A stretch of DNA of 64,000 nt from Parachlamydiales bacterium (GCA_050302075.1 JBNLAH010000002.1:32606-96605); one strand, 5' to 3'. Counted from the stretch's first letter, positions 48,361 to 56,434 are shown. Notes: generated by a model from the letters alone, not told the origin. Made by a program: numbers and translations.

Positions 48361-48494
48361 TTTATTTATTTGTTTTTGTGTTCAAAAAAGTTTATGACAA
48401 TTATTCTGTCTTTTTTCAGTATCAACTCATCATCCAAAAAATTAATCTCTAAAAAGCTTATTATTAATTAATTACAAATTTAATTGCAGTTGAT

Positions 48495-48520
48495 TTAATG
48501 ACCATGGTAATATGACCATA
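48495..48520 (+). promoter_or_regulatory. candidate operator of the phd/vapC operon
   Basis: Direct repeats ATGACCAT at 48498-48505 and 48512-48519, the first embedded in the palindrome ACCATGGT, just upstream of or overlapping the antitoxin start. Confidence 0.3.
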
Positions 48521-48772
48521 AACAAATTAGGTAGGAAGATGTCCTCAGAAAAAATTCCAGCAGGAAAATTTAAAGCTCAGTGTCTTCAGGTCATGGAAAG
48601 AGTGAAAAAAACACGCCGAAAAATTACGATTACAAAAAGAAATATTCCTATAGCTCAGCTAGGACCTATTGATGAAAAAGAAGAGAAAGCTTTTGGTAAA
48701 TTAAAAGGTACTGTTCATATTATAAAAAACATTATAGATCCGATCGATGAGGTCTGGGATGCCGATTCTTAA
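48512..48772 (+). CDS. Phd/YefM-type antitoxin
   Basis: IPAGKFKAQCLQVMERVKKTRRKITITKRNIPIAQLGPI, with an acidic C-terminal tail. The likely true start is ATG 48539 (MSSEK), 7 nt after agg. The 3' end overlaps the PIN gene. Confidence 0.65.
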   Translation: MTINKLGRKMSSEKIPAGKFKAQCLQVMERVKKTRRKITITKRNIPIAQLGPIDEKEEKAFGKLKGTVHIIKNIIDPIDEVWDADS

Positions 48773-49205
48773 AGAACTCAAAAAACATAAACTTTTGTTA
48801 GATACCCATATATGGGTATGGGCCATGAATGGAGATGTAAAACTATTAAAATCATTTCAAACGGCATTTGAAAAAGCGTCATCAATGCAGGGAATTTTAA
48901 TCTCTCCTATGTCTATTTGGGAAGTGGGAATGTTAGTGGAAAAGAAACGAATTGAAATTGATATGGATGTGTTAGACTGGATTGAACAAGCATTAGATAT
49001 CCCAAGATTAGAACTAAGCCAGATCACTCCTAGAATAGCTATTTATAGCACAAGATTAGTTGGGGATGTTCATGGAGATCCTGTAGATCGGTTATTAATA
49101 GCAACCGCAATAGAAGAAAATGCGGTTTTAGTTACTTGTGATCAAAAAATTCTTAATTTTGCAAAAGGGAAATTCTTGACCGCATACGATCCTTGTAAAT
49201 CTTAA
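48747..49205 (+). CDS. vapC: VapC-type PIN-domain toxin
   Basis: LLLDTHIWVW (first acidic residue), SIWEVGML, DPVDRLLIATA and LVTCDQKIL. Probable start at ATG 48759. Confidence 0.75.
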   Translation: MRSGMPILKELKKHKLLLDTHIWVWAMNGDVKLLKSFQTAFEKASSMQGILISPMSIWEVGMLVEKKRIEIDMDVLDWIEQALDIPRLELSQITPRIAIYSTRLVGDVHGDPVDRLLIATAIEENAVLVTCDQKILNFAKGKFLTAYDPCKS

Positions 49206-49274
49206 ATATATGCACTGAAGTCGATTTTTTATAGAAGCATTTCCATTGAAAAGTTCGTAATGTAACCAGTAACT

Positions 49275-49339
49275 GGAGTTTTTCTATTGCAAGCAGTTAA
49301 GTTCAAAACTTAACTACTTTTTTATATTCTTTAAGTTTG
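49275..49339 (+). repeat. right direct repeat (attR-like)
   Basis: ggagtttttctattgcaagcagttaagttcaaAacttaactActttttt..., a copy of 45885..45950. Confidence 0.8.
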
Positions 49340-49499
49340 CTCGTAATCAATAACTCTATCTAGATGTGATCTTGCAACCTTTTTTCGGATAATGGGAACA
49401 CATTTTTTTTAAGCTGTCATTAGCATTGTCTCCGTGATCCATGAGAGGGATCTCGTGATGTCTTAACTGATTTAAGCTACATTGGGTAATATTTTTCCA

Positions 49500-49598
49500 T
49501 CAATTCTCAAACTCTTCAGACAGTAAATATCCTGTTGCTGAATGAGATCTTTGGCGGTTATAAAACACCTCGATATATTCAATACAGGCGGAGTTGCG
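49500..49598 (-). mobile_element. IS3-family transposase (OrfB) C-terminal remnant
   Basis: My own translation gives RNSACIEYIEVFYNRQRSHSATGYLLSEEFEN*, which matches the IS3-family tail ..YIE.FYN..R.HS.LGY.SP.EFE. There is no upstream transposase body, and it overlaps the 3' end of the 443-aa ORF in another frame. Confidence 0.6.
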
Positions 49599-50910
49599 CT
49601 ACAAAGAGATCTAGTGCAGCTGTCTGGAACGCAAAGTCCCATAGCTCCCTTGCGGGTGAACTCAGCTTATAGAATCTCCAGTATTTTGTTTTTTCTATGT
49701 CTTTTTCATGCCAACAACGGATAATACCTTTGGAGTCCCTACATTGCCATGCTCTGGCAGCTGTTGTTACGATCAGTTTTTTTGTCTGAATAGGGAAGTT
49801 CGGGTCGAATCCGAAAATCATTGGATATGAATATCCCAGATAGCGCATCAGAACACCTGGTCCTGTGCAATAGTTGTCATTGAAATTGGACGCATTGTTA
49901 TCCTGCATCTTTTCCGGGTCAGTAGGAAACTCGTGAAGAACGTAGTTGTCGCTAATCACTCCCTTCATGACCAACGACCAAAGTATGGTTTTTATCAAAT
50001 AAGTAAGTTCCTTGGCTCGAGTGGTATTCTGGTTAGCTTCCTTTTTAAGTGTCTTTAGCGCACAATAGAGGAATACCCCCTGATCAGCTGTCCAGGCGCG
50101 TTGAGGATCAACACACCATCCTCGCGGATTATCGGGATTGAAATGCGCATCTCTATGCGCCCAGGGATTCGGGGTCTCAAAAATCAGTTCAGCTTTATTG
50201 AGCAAAAGAGATGAGCTCGGCTTCTGGTATGTATACAGCCAATCAAATGTGTCTCTCATCGAATCAAGATATTTTAAATCCGAATCAAGAAACTCCTGTA
50301 TTCCATTGGAGAGCGCCCAGAAGCCTAGATTTGTCACGGAATTTGGAACACAATTGTATTGATAGGTTCCGCCTGGATTTTCACGACACTGGCCGTTTTC
50401 TTTGTCGTAGGCTTCTGCGTCACCACCATTCCAGGCAGCATACCCCTCACCAAACAGAGACCTGTTGCAAGTGGAAGTATAGCTCTTGTTGTCTTTTGCG
50501 CTTTCGTACAACCACTCCCAGCATTGTTTAGCAGCAGCTTTACAGTTCTCTTGCAATCCAGATGCATCCTTGTCGGAGTCAATATATTTGAATGCATTGA
50601 CGAAAGCATTGCCCCACCATCCATAATCGTCACGCCAGTGACCGGTACCATAGGGCAACTTGCTGAACAAGTAATTGTAACTATCTTCTATGTATTTGTA
50701 CTCTCTCTTGAGTTTCAAAACGGAATAGTAGTTAATTACAGAATCGAGCGTATTTCCGCCCTTCCAAAAGTCTCCCCACAACCAGCCTTTTTTACTGGCG
50801 GCATCTCTAAGCCCTGCATCCCATAGATCAGTTAATACTTCATATGTTTCTTTCGCCCATGCTTCCGCTGTCTCTTTTGCTGGCAATTTGACTTCTTCCT
50901 GGATTACCAT
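49579..50910 (-). CDS. GH76-like (alpha/alpha)6 glycoside hydrolase-like protein, G+C-rich, probably horizontally acquired
   Basis: 443 aa. HWRDDYGWWGNAFVNAF (DD..WW), NSVTNLGFWAL and WTADQGVFLYCAL resemble GH76 alpha-1,6-mannanase landmarks. No signal peptide. The C-terminal ~55 aa look transposase-derived (see findings). Confidence 0.45.
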   Translation of the reverse strand: MVIQEEVKLPAKETAEAWAKETYEVLTDLWDAGLRDAASKKGWLWGDFWKGGNTLDSVINYYSVLKLKREYKYIEDSYNYLFSKLPYGTGHWRDDYGWWGNAFVNAFKYIDSDKDASGLQENCKAAAKQCWEWLYESAKDNKSYTSTCNRSLFGEGYAAWNGGDAEAYDKENGQCRENPGGTYQYNCVPNSVTNLGFWALSNGIQEFLDSDLKYLDSMRDTFDWLYTYQKPSSSLLLNKAELIFETPNPWAHRDAHFNPDNPRGWCVDPQRAWTADQGVFLYCALKTLKKEANQNTTRAKELTYLIKTILWSLVMKGVISDNYVLHEFPTDPEKMQDNNASNFNDNYCTGPGVLMRYLGYSYPMIFGFDPNFPIQTKKLIVTTAARAWQCRDSKGIIRCWHEKDIEKTKYWRFYKLSSPARELWDFAFQTAALDLFVAQLRLY

Positions 50911-51029
50911 TTTTCATCCTTGGTTTAGTTGATGTTTTCTAATTGTTTCTTTATACCATTCGCGAAATATAAAATCATAAATTTAATTGTCGATTGTTGG
51001 TTCTGATCCTGCAACTTAAAACATTCCCA

Positions 51030-51350
51030 AAATCGCTAGATAGGATTGTATTCTGGTGAACAAGGAGGAAGAGAATAAAGCTTGATCTTTTGTTGTAAGT
51101 GGCATTGTTGAGATTATAACAGGATCAGCTAATCCTAGTGATTATATAAAGAAAATGAGTAAAAGAGATGTCTTTCTTTCTAAAGGGTGGGGACAAATTG
51201 TAACCCCTTTTTTATTAATACTTCAGGCGGAAAGCAAAAGTTGAATTGAGCTAATACCGAAACTATATTTCTCATTATTCAATCCATACCGTCTCCCAAA
51301 GCAGAGCCATTCAAAAGATGGCTCGCAAAAGAAGCTATAAAGGCATTCTC
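51030..51350 (+). pseudogene. Bro-N-type phage/mobile-element protein remnant (family often annotated 'DNA-damage-inducible protein D')
   Basis: Frames joined by hand: ..SFVVSGIVEIITGSANPSDYIKKMSKRDVFLSKGWGQIVTP / GGKQKLN*ANTETIFLIIQSIPSPKAEPFKRWLAKE. The IQSIPSPKAEPFK.WLAK string is characteristic of the family. At least one frameshift and two stops. Confidence 0.5.
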
Positions 51351-51526
51351 CAATAATAGACAAAGGTGTTGGAGAGGGTATCTGATCCAACGAGGACAGA
51401 GGCAAGAAAGTGCCAAACCTCAGAACCCCCATATGCTTTAGTTGCCGGGAGTATGTTAGTTATGATGACAATGGCAACCATGTTGAAAAAAGTCAGTAAA
51501 ATAAAAAAATTTAAATTCTAAATCTA

Positions 51527-52366
51527 TTATGTTTTGCGCATGTATGCCCGTAGAGTTAAAGGTGCAAATATTGCTACGACTACAATCGCTCCAATTATTG
51601 TCATCCAAAAATCTTTTCCAATGGTTCCACTATCAACTAGTAGTCTAATAGCATTTATAAGGTACGTAACTGGATTAAGATGGACAAACCATTGAAGCAA
51701 ATTTGGAAGAGTATTTACTGGAACAAAAGCGTTTGATAAAAATGTCAAAGGAAAGAGAATCATCATAGAACTTCCTTGTACTGTAGTAACTGAACGAGAA
51801 ATAACTCCAAATAGCGCAAAAATCCAGCTAATGCACCATGCAAATGATACTATTAACAAGCTAGCTTCTATAACTCCTATGAATCCATAGTTAGGTCGAT
51901 AACCCATAAGAAATCCCATGCCAAATGTTAATATTGTTACAATAACATATCTGACAGTATCTGATAACAAAGCTCCAGCTAAAGGAGCTATTCGAGCGAT
52001 TGGCAGAGATTTAAAACGATCAAATACACCCTTATCCATATCTTCACGCAATTGTACTCCAGTTGCAATTGATCCTGTGAGAATTGATTGCGCTAAAATT
52101 CCAGGAATAATAATGGGAAGGTAATTTTGAATATTTCCTGCAATTGCCCCACCAAAAAGATAGGTAAACATAAGTGTGAATAAAATAGGCAGTAAAATTA
52201 CATCAAGCAGTTTTTCAGGATTCCTACGAATCAGTAGTAATCCTCTATAAGCCATAGTCAGTGATTGGGAAATTATTTGATAAAAATTATTGTGATTAAC
52301 AAGATTTCTATTAACGTTTGGGATTTTGCTATTCATTTGATTCTCCGTTTGATTGTGTTGCGACAT
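51527..52366 (-). CDS. ABC-2 type exporter permease (DrrB-like)
   Basis: 279 aa with six TMs. Overlaps the upstream ATPase gene by 38 nt. Confidence 0.75.
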   Translation of the reverse strand: MSQHNQTENQMNSKIPNVNRNLVNHNNFYQIISQSLTMAYRGLLLIRRNPEKLLDVILLPILFTLMFTYLFGGAIAGNIQNYLPIIIPGILAQSILTGSIATGVQLREDMDKGVFDRFKSLPIARIAPLAGALLSDTVRYVIVTILTFGMGFLMGYRPNYGFIGVIEASLLIVSFAWCISWIFALFGVISRSVTTVQGSSMMILFPLTFLSNAFVPVNTLPNLLQWFVHLNPVTYLINAIRLLVDSGTIGKDFWMTIIGAIVVVAIFAPLTLRAYMRKT

Positions 52367-53333
52367 GCCCAGTAATTGCTAAGAAAACTTCATCAAGAGT
52401 TGGCTTTTTAACGCTAATTTCAGATAGCTGGATTTTTGCATTTCTTAACTCTATAAGCAAATCAGTTGCTTTGTCGGGATTTGACATAGGAGCTGTTATT
52501 AAGCCATTGTCTAATACTTGCTGATTAATATTGAGCGTCTTGCTAATTATTTTATTAGCTGCTTCTTCATCAGCTCTATTAATTAACCTAAGTTCTAGTG
52601 AAGCAATTCCTACTGAGGACTTTAGTTCTTCAACAGTTCCCTTAGCCACAACTTGGCCACGATCAATCACGATAATTTGATCAGCTAATTGATCGGCTTC
52701 ATCTAAGTATTGAGTTGTTAATAGAATAGTTGTTCCTCTGGAAACTAATCGGCGGATTGTATTCCACATATGATTTCGAGTCCTAGGGTCTAATCCAGTT
52801 GTTGGTTCATCTAAAAAAATAAGAGGTGGTTGTACTATAAGGCTTGCAGCTAAATCAAGTCTTCTTCGCATCCCACCAGAAAATTTAGAGATAGGACGGT
52901 GTGCAGCTTCAATTAAGCTAAATTCTTCTAATAGTTCTTCTGCCTTTTTGCGAGATTGGGTTTTGCTAAGGCCAAGAAGACGAGAAAATATTACTAGGTT
53001 TTCAATTGCTGATAAATTTTCATCTACTGAAGCATATTGACCTGTTACTCCAATAAGCTGACGAATAATATGCGGTTGCTTTTGTAAATCATATCCGAAA
53101 ATTTTAGCATTTCCTTCATCTGGTTTTAGCAATGTTGCTAACATATTCATTGTAGTTGTTTTTCCTGCCCCGTTTGGACCAAGGACTCCACAAATCTGTC
53201 CCACAGGAACTTTTAAGTCGATTCCATTTACTGCTTTATTGCTTCCGAATGTTTTTTTTAATCCATAAGCTTCAATTGCAAAATTTTCAGTCTTTGTGCA
53301 TTCGAGCATTTCTTTTTCAAATTTGATAGTCAT
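52329..53333 (-). CDS. ABC transporter ATP-binding protein (DrrA/daunorubicin-resistance-like)
   Basis: Walker A GPNGAGKTT, signature FSGGMRRRLDLA, Walker B LIFLDEPTTGLD, C-terminal DrrA-type extension. 334 aa. Confidence 0.85.
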   Translation of the reverse strand: MTIKFEKEMLECTKTENFAIEAYGLKKTFGSNKAVNGIDLKVPVGQICGVLGPNGAGKTTTMNMLATLLKPDEGNAKIFGYDLQKQPHIIRQLIGVTGQYASVDENLSAIENLVIFSRLLGLSKTQSRKKAEELLEEFSLIEAAHRPISKFSGGMRRRLDLAASLIVQPPLIFLDEPTTGLDPRTRNHMWNTIRRLVSRGTTILLTTQYLDEADQLADQIIVIDRGQVVAKGTVEELKSSVGIASLELRLINRADEEAANKIISKTLNINQQVLDNGLITAPMSNPDKATDLLIELRNAKIQLSEISVKKPTLDEVFLAITGHVATQSNGESNE

Positions 53334-53348
53334 TTTTCAAATATCTCC

Positions 53349-53389
53349 TTAACACTGTTAAGTTTTTTGATAAAAATTAACACTGTTAA
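53349..53389. promoter_or_regulatory. twin 13-bp palindromes, candidate TetR operators in the divergent promoter region
   Basis: TTAACACTGTTAA occurs at 53349-53361 and again at 53377-53389. Each is a perfect palindrome around a central C, with starts 28 bp apart, between the ABC operon and the tetR-like gene. Confidence 0.6.
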
Positions 53390-53440
53390 ATATTTTCGTC
53401 AAGTGATAGGGTTTCTTACATATTTAAAAACAAGACAGTT

Positions 53441-54130
53441 ATGCAGATATTTGAGAAAAAAAATAGTAAGAGTAAAAAATCTAAAATTTGTAAAAATCAA
53501 AATGAAGCTAAAAGCAAGTTTTTATCTAAAAAACATGATAAGCAAACAAAAATTATTGAAGCGGCTCTTAAACTACTCAATGAGGACAACCTTAATAATC
53601 TAAGCCTTCGAAAATTGGCGAAATTACTTAATATGCAAGCACCAGCATTATATTGGTATTTTGAAAGCAAAAGCATACTCATTGATTACATGGCAGAAGC
53701 TATTTTAAAAAAGGAATTCGATGATTTAAACATTTGCAATATCAGCGAACCTTGGCAAGATTGGCTAAAAAAAACAATGAATAAACTTCGAAAAGCTATG
53801 CTTAAATATAATGATGGGGCAAGAGTTGTTGCAGGCGCTCATCTTTTTCCAGCAAAGACGCTTGCAAAGTTGATTGAATTAAGTCTTCGTTCTCTTACTG
53901 AGGCAGGATTAGACTTAATGAAAGCACATAATGTTGTAATGACAGCAATTACTTATACCTTTGGTTATACAATAGAAGAACAGTCTTCAAGCCCAATGGA
54001 AAATATTAAACACGACACATTAAAAGACTTTCCAACTTTGTCAGCTATTGTAGATGAGTTTAATCGTGGGGGAATTAGTACGGAAGATGACTTTAATGCT
54101 GGATTACGACTTATAATAAATAAAATTTAA
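53441..54130 (+). CDS. TetR-family transcriptional repressor (close to the true TetR subgroup)
   Basis: HTH LSLRKLAKLLNMQAPALYWYFESKSILIDYMAEAIL (compare TetR [31 protein letters not shown]). Lys-rich N-terminal extension. Confidence 0.8.
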   Translation: MQIFEKKNSKSKKSKICKNQNEAKSKFLSKKHDKQTKIIEAALKLLNEDNLNNLSLRKLAKLLNMQAPALYWYFESKSILIDYMAEAILKKEFDDLNICNISEPWQDWLKKTMNKLRKAMLKYNDGARVVAGAHLFPAKTLAKLIELSLRSLTEAGLDLMKAHNVVMTAITYTFGYTIEEQSSSPMENIKHDTLKDFPTLSAIVDEFNRGGISTEDDFNAGLRLIINKI

Positions 54131-54228
54131 CATCCCAAAATTTAAATAATTTAACTTTTTAAAACACTACCAAAATAACCAAATTATCTTACCTGGTTAT
54201 TTATTTTGTTATACCTATAATAATTTTT

Positions 54229-54894
54229 ATGTTTGTGAAGAAAGAAGACACTTTTACATCTCAAACCCATAAAGAAGAGATAGCTAATGCGCTGACCCAC
54301 GGCTTTGGTTTCATTTTCAGTTTAATTGGAGGTATCTTTATGGTCTGGGAAGTAGTGAAAAATGGAAGAATTTTGCATATAGCAAGTTCTATTTTCTATG
54401 CAACATCTCTTCTAGCTACCTATATTACATCTACATTATATCACCTTTGTCGTAACAAAGCTAAAAAGATTCTTCAACGACTAGATCATATCAGTATTTA
54501 CTTGCTAATTACAGGGACGTATATGCCGATTTCTTTGCTAGTTTTAAAAGGAAATCTAGGCTGGACTTTATTCAGTATTGAGTGTTCTTTTTGCTTTATT
54601 GGCATTACTTTTAAATCTATTTATGGTCATAAGTATCCAGCTCTATCTGGAATATTTTATCTTTTGATGGGATGGTTGATTATTTTTGCTATCGAACCGC
54701 TTGTTGCAAGTCTTCCAGTATATGCTTTGGCTTTGCTTTTTACTGGTGGAATATTTTATACATTTGGTTTTCTATTTTTTGCCCTAGATCAGAAATATCA
54801 CTATTTTCATGCTATTTGGCATCTTTTTGTTCTAGTTGGTAGTTATTTTCATTTTTATCTAATTTCATCTTACGTCTTTAACTATACTACATAA
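54229..54894 (+). CDS. hemolysin III / PAQR-family membrane protein
   Basis: Seven TMs. EEIANALTHG, LDHISIYLLITGTY and HAIWHLFVLVGSYFHF motifs. 221 aa. Confidence 0.8.
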   Translation: MFVKKEDTFTSQTHKEEIANALTHGFGFIFSLIGGIFMVWEVVKNGRILHIASSIFYATSLLATYITSTLYHLCRNKAKKILQRLDHISIYLLITGTYMPISLLVLKGNLGWTLFSIECSFCFIGITFKSIYGHKYPALSGIFYLLMGWLIIFAIEPLVASLPVYALALLFTGGIFYTFGFLFFALDQKYHYFHAIWHLFVLVGSYFHFYLISSYVFNYTT

Positions 54895-54978
54895 ATAAAC
54901 GCCTTTAGCGAGAACGGCAAAGTTTATTGGCTCTAGACGAAGGTAGTATATCAAAAGTTACCTTTACTTACATTCAAA

Positions 54979-55302
54979 GTGAGAAGGGGAAGGGCTAACT
55001 TCAAAATTTTCTTTAGGAAGGTAGCGATGCAATCTTTTTGGATAATCATTTTCTTTTATCTTCCATGTATTTTAAGGGCTGATTGGGACCAGTTATTTTC
55101 TGAAGGGGAAGATCCAACTATATTTCATCATGTCAAGGTCATTAGCGGGAATTTGAATTTAAGCTTCAACGATACAATGGAAAGTTCTGGGATCAATATC
55201 CCACTATTTCGAACCTATTCAAGCGCAGGGGCGTTAGAGAGAACAAATAAGAACTTTGACTTGATCTTAAAGGGATATCGAAAGGGGGAGTTTCCAGGGT
55301 GA
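54979..55302 (+). pseudogene. N-terminal stub of an Rhs/YD-repeat-type secreted protein
   Basis: Signal peptide MQSFWIIIFFYLPCILRA (probable start at 55024), then HHVKVISGNLNLSFNDTMESSGINIPLFRTYSS, the usual opening of YD/Rhs proteins (vnv.sGnl...D......l.l.R.YnS). A stop follows after ~90 aa and no repeats follow. Confidence 0.45.
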
Positions 55303-55328
55303 ATCCAGATTTATATTTTGGATTGCCT

Positions 55329-55359
55329 CCACTATGTCTATAATTTATAGACATAGTGG
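55329..55359. repeat. 31-nt perfect palindrome
   Basis: ccactatgtctataa-t-ttatagacatagtgg with 15-nt arms, 27 nt after the Rhs-stub stop. No T-run follows. Confidence 0.8.
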
Positions 55360-55465
55360 TTAAAATTAACTGATTGATTATTAGTTGGTTTTTTAAATTT
55401 TATATCAAAGATAGATATGTATTTGCTTTACCTATTTAATTTTAATTACAACCTTTGCTGCTTCA

Positions 55466-56113
55466 TTAAAGGGATATGCCATATATAGCCCCACCAAAAA
55501 TAGCTAAACAGGCAATATAGCAAATAACTTTAGAGCGGCAGCAATTATCTGGAATACAGCTAGATAATTTTTCACAGCAACTTTCTTCTCGATGTAATAA
55601 AGGTTGATATGACCCTTGATATGTAATAGATCTAAATGTAGGACGGTATGAGTCTCTTTCTAACTTTGCTTTATACCTGTTGAGTGCATTCCAGGCATTT
55701 TTAGATACTGTAATAATTTTTATTGAAGCTCCAGCTTCCAAACTGCCAAGGGCCAGACCGCTATCACTTGCAATACCAAATCGATGCAAATCTTTAATAT
55801 AAATAGTTCTTTCCATTGTAATTTTAATCTGTCCAGATATATCTTTATTTTCTCTATTCTCTATCACTACTATCAATGGATGATTTTCAATAAGTCTTAT
55901 TCCAAATTTAATTTCATCACATGTAAGGGGGGTAATTTTCAAATTCCTAAGTGTTTGCCTGTCATAATCTAGCTCATAATTATTATCCAAAATAAAAATT
56001 GCTAAATTTTCAAGTGTTGATTCAGATATTACTTTATCACCACTTATAGGTATACCTTCTCTGCGATCTGAATGAATTCTTATTTCTGTTTCTCTTGATA
56101 TTGCTGCTGCCAT
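55466..56113 (-). CDS. hypothetical tail-anchored protein with juxtamembrane Cys cluster
   Basis: 215 aa. Soluble N-terminal ~175 aa, then SCCEKLSSCIPDNCCRSKVICYIACLAIFGGAIYGISL (eight Cys followed by a terminal TM). Confidence 0.45.
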   Translation of the reverse strand: MAAAISRETEIRIHSDRREGIPISGDKVISESTLENLAIFILDNNYELDYDRQTLRNLKITPLTCDEIKFGIRLIENHPLIVVIENRENKDISGQIKITMERTIYIKDLHRFGIASDSGLALGSLEAGASIKIITVSKNAWNALNRYKAKLERDSYRPTFRSITYQGSYQPLLHREESCCEKLSSCIPDNCCRSKVICYIACLAIFGGAIYGISL

Positions 56114-56434
56114 TTTAACTTCCTATTATTATTTTTTTTAAAAGAGTTAGACAGTAATAAAAAATTTATTTCTTTTAAAGAAAATAATTGATATGGGAGC
56201 AATGTTATTTTGTCACCCTTATCTTTTATTGCACGGCAGAAAAGTATGTTGTTGATGGATATCGAATTACACATTCACATGTAAATAGAGGCCGCTAAAT
56301 TAATGAATTATTACGATTAATTTATGAAGAAGCTGTAAAGAAATTCAAAAATCTCTCTAAGCGAACATTGTCGAATGTCAATTGCATAAAAAGTGGGTCA
56401 TTAGTATGAGTAAAAAGTAAACAAAGAAAACTTC

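Larger units (their letters stand above)
45885..49339. mobile_element. degenerate tRNA-Asn-associated integrative island (~3.4 kb)
   Basis: Bounded by the direct repeats. An integrase N-terminal stub lies next to the tRNA. Cargo consists of TA modules and pseudogenes. Confidence 0.7.

Noticed and set aside
48361-48480. Possible RelE/HigB-like C-terminal relic upstream of the broken higA copy (minus-strand ..LILKKDRIIVINFFEHKNK*)
   Set aside because: It spans only ~30 codons with no start and a weak, generic pattern. It cannot be distinguished from noise without a profile search.
49241-49262. Partial reverse-strand match (gaacttttcaatgg) to the 46-nt repeat of 21991/22631
   Set aside because: The similarity covers only ~14-16 nt and then diverges, which is compatible with chance in AT-rich DNA.
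50138-50826. Four long overlapping ORFs on both strands within 49579..50910
   Set aside because: They are a by-product of the locally higher G+C, which gives fewer stop codons. Only the 443-aa frame has recognisable motifs.
51223-51432. 69-aa minus-strand ORF
   Set aside because: It is the opposite strand of the Bro-N-type pseudogene, whose plus-strand translation contains the diagnostic IQSIPSPKAEPFK.WLAK string.
51440-51526. 22-codon ORF MLVMMTMATMLKKVSKIKKFKF downstream of the Bro-N remnant
   Set aside because: It is too short, has no RBS, and lies in decayed DNA. It is likely fortuitous.
53367-53603. 78-aa ORF overlapping the tetR-like start region
   Set aside because: It is an alternative frame across the Lys-rich 5' end of the TetR gene and the operator region. 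The TetR frame carries the HTH.
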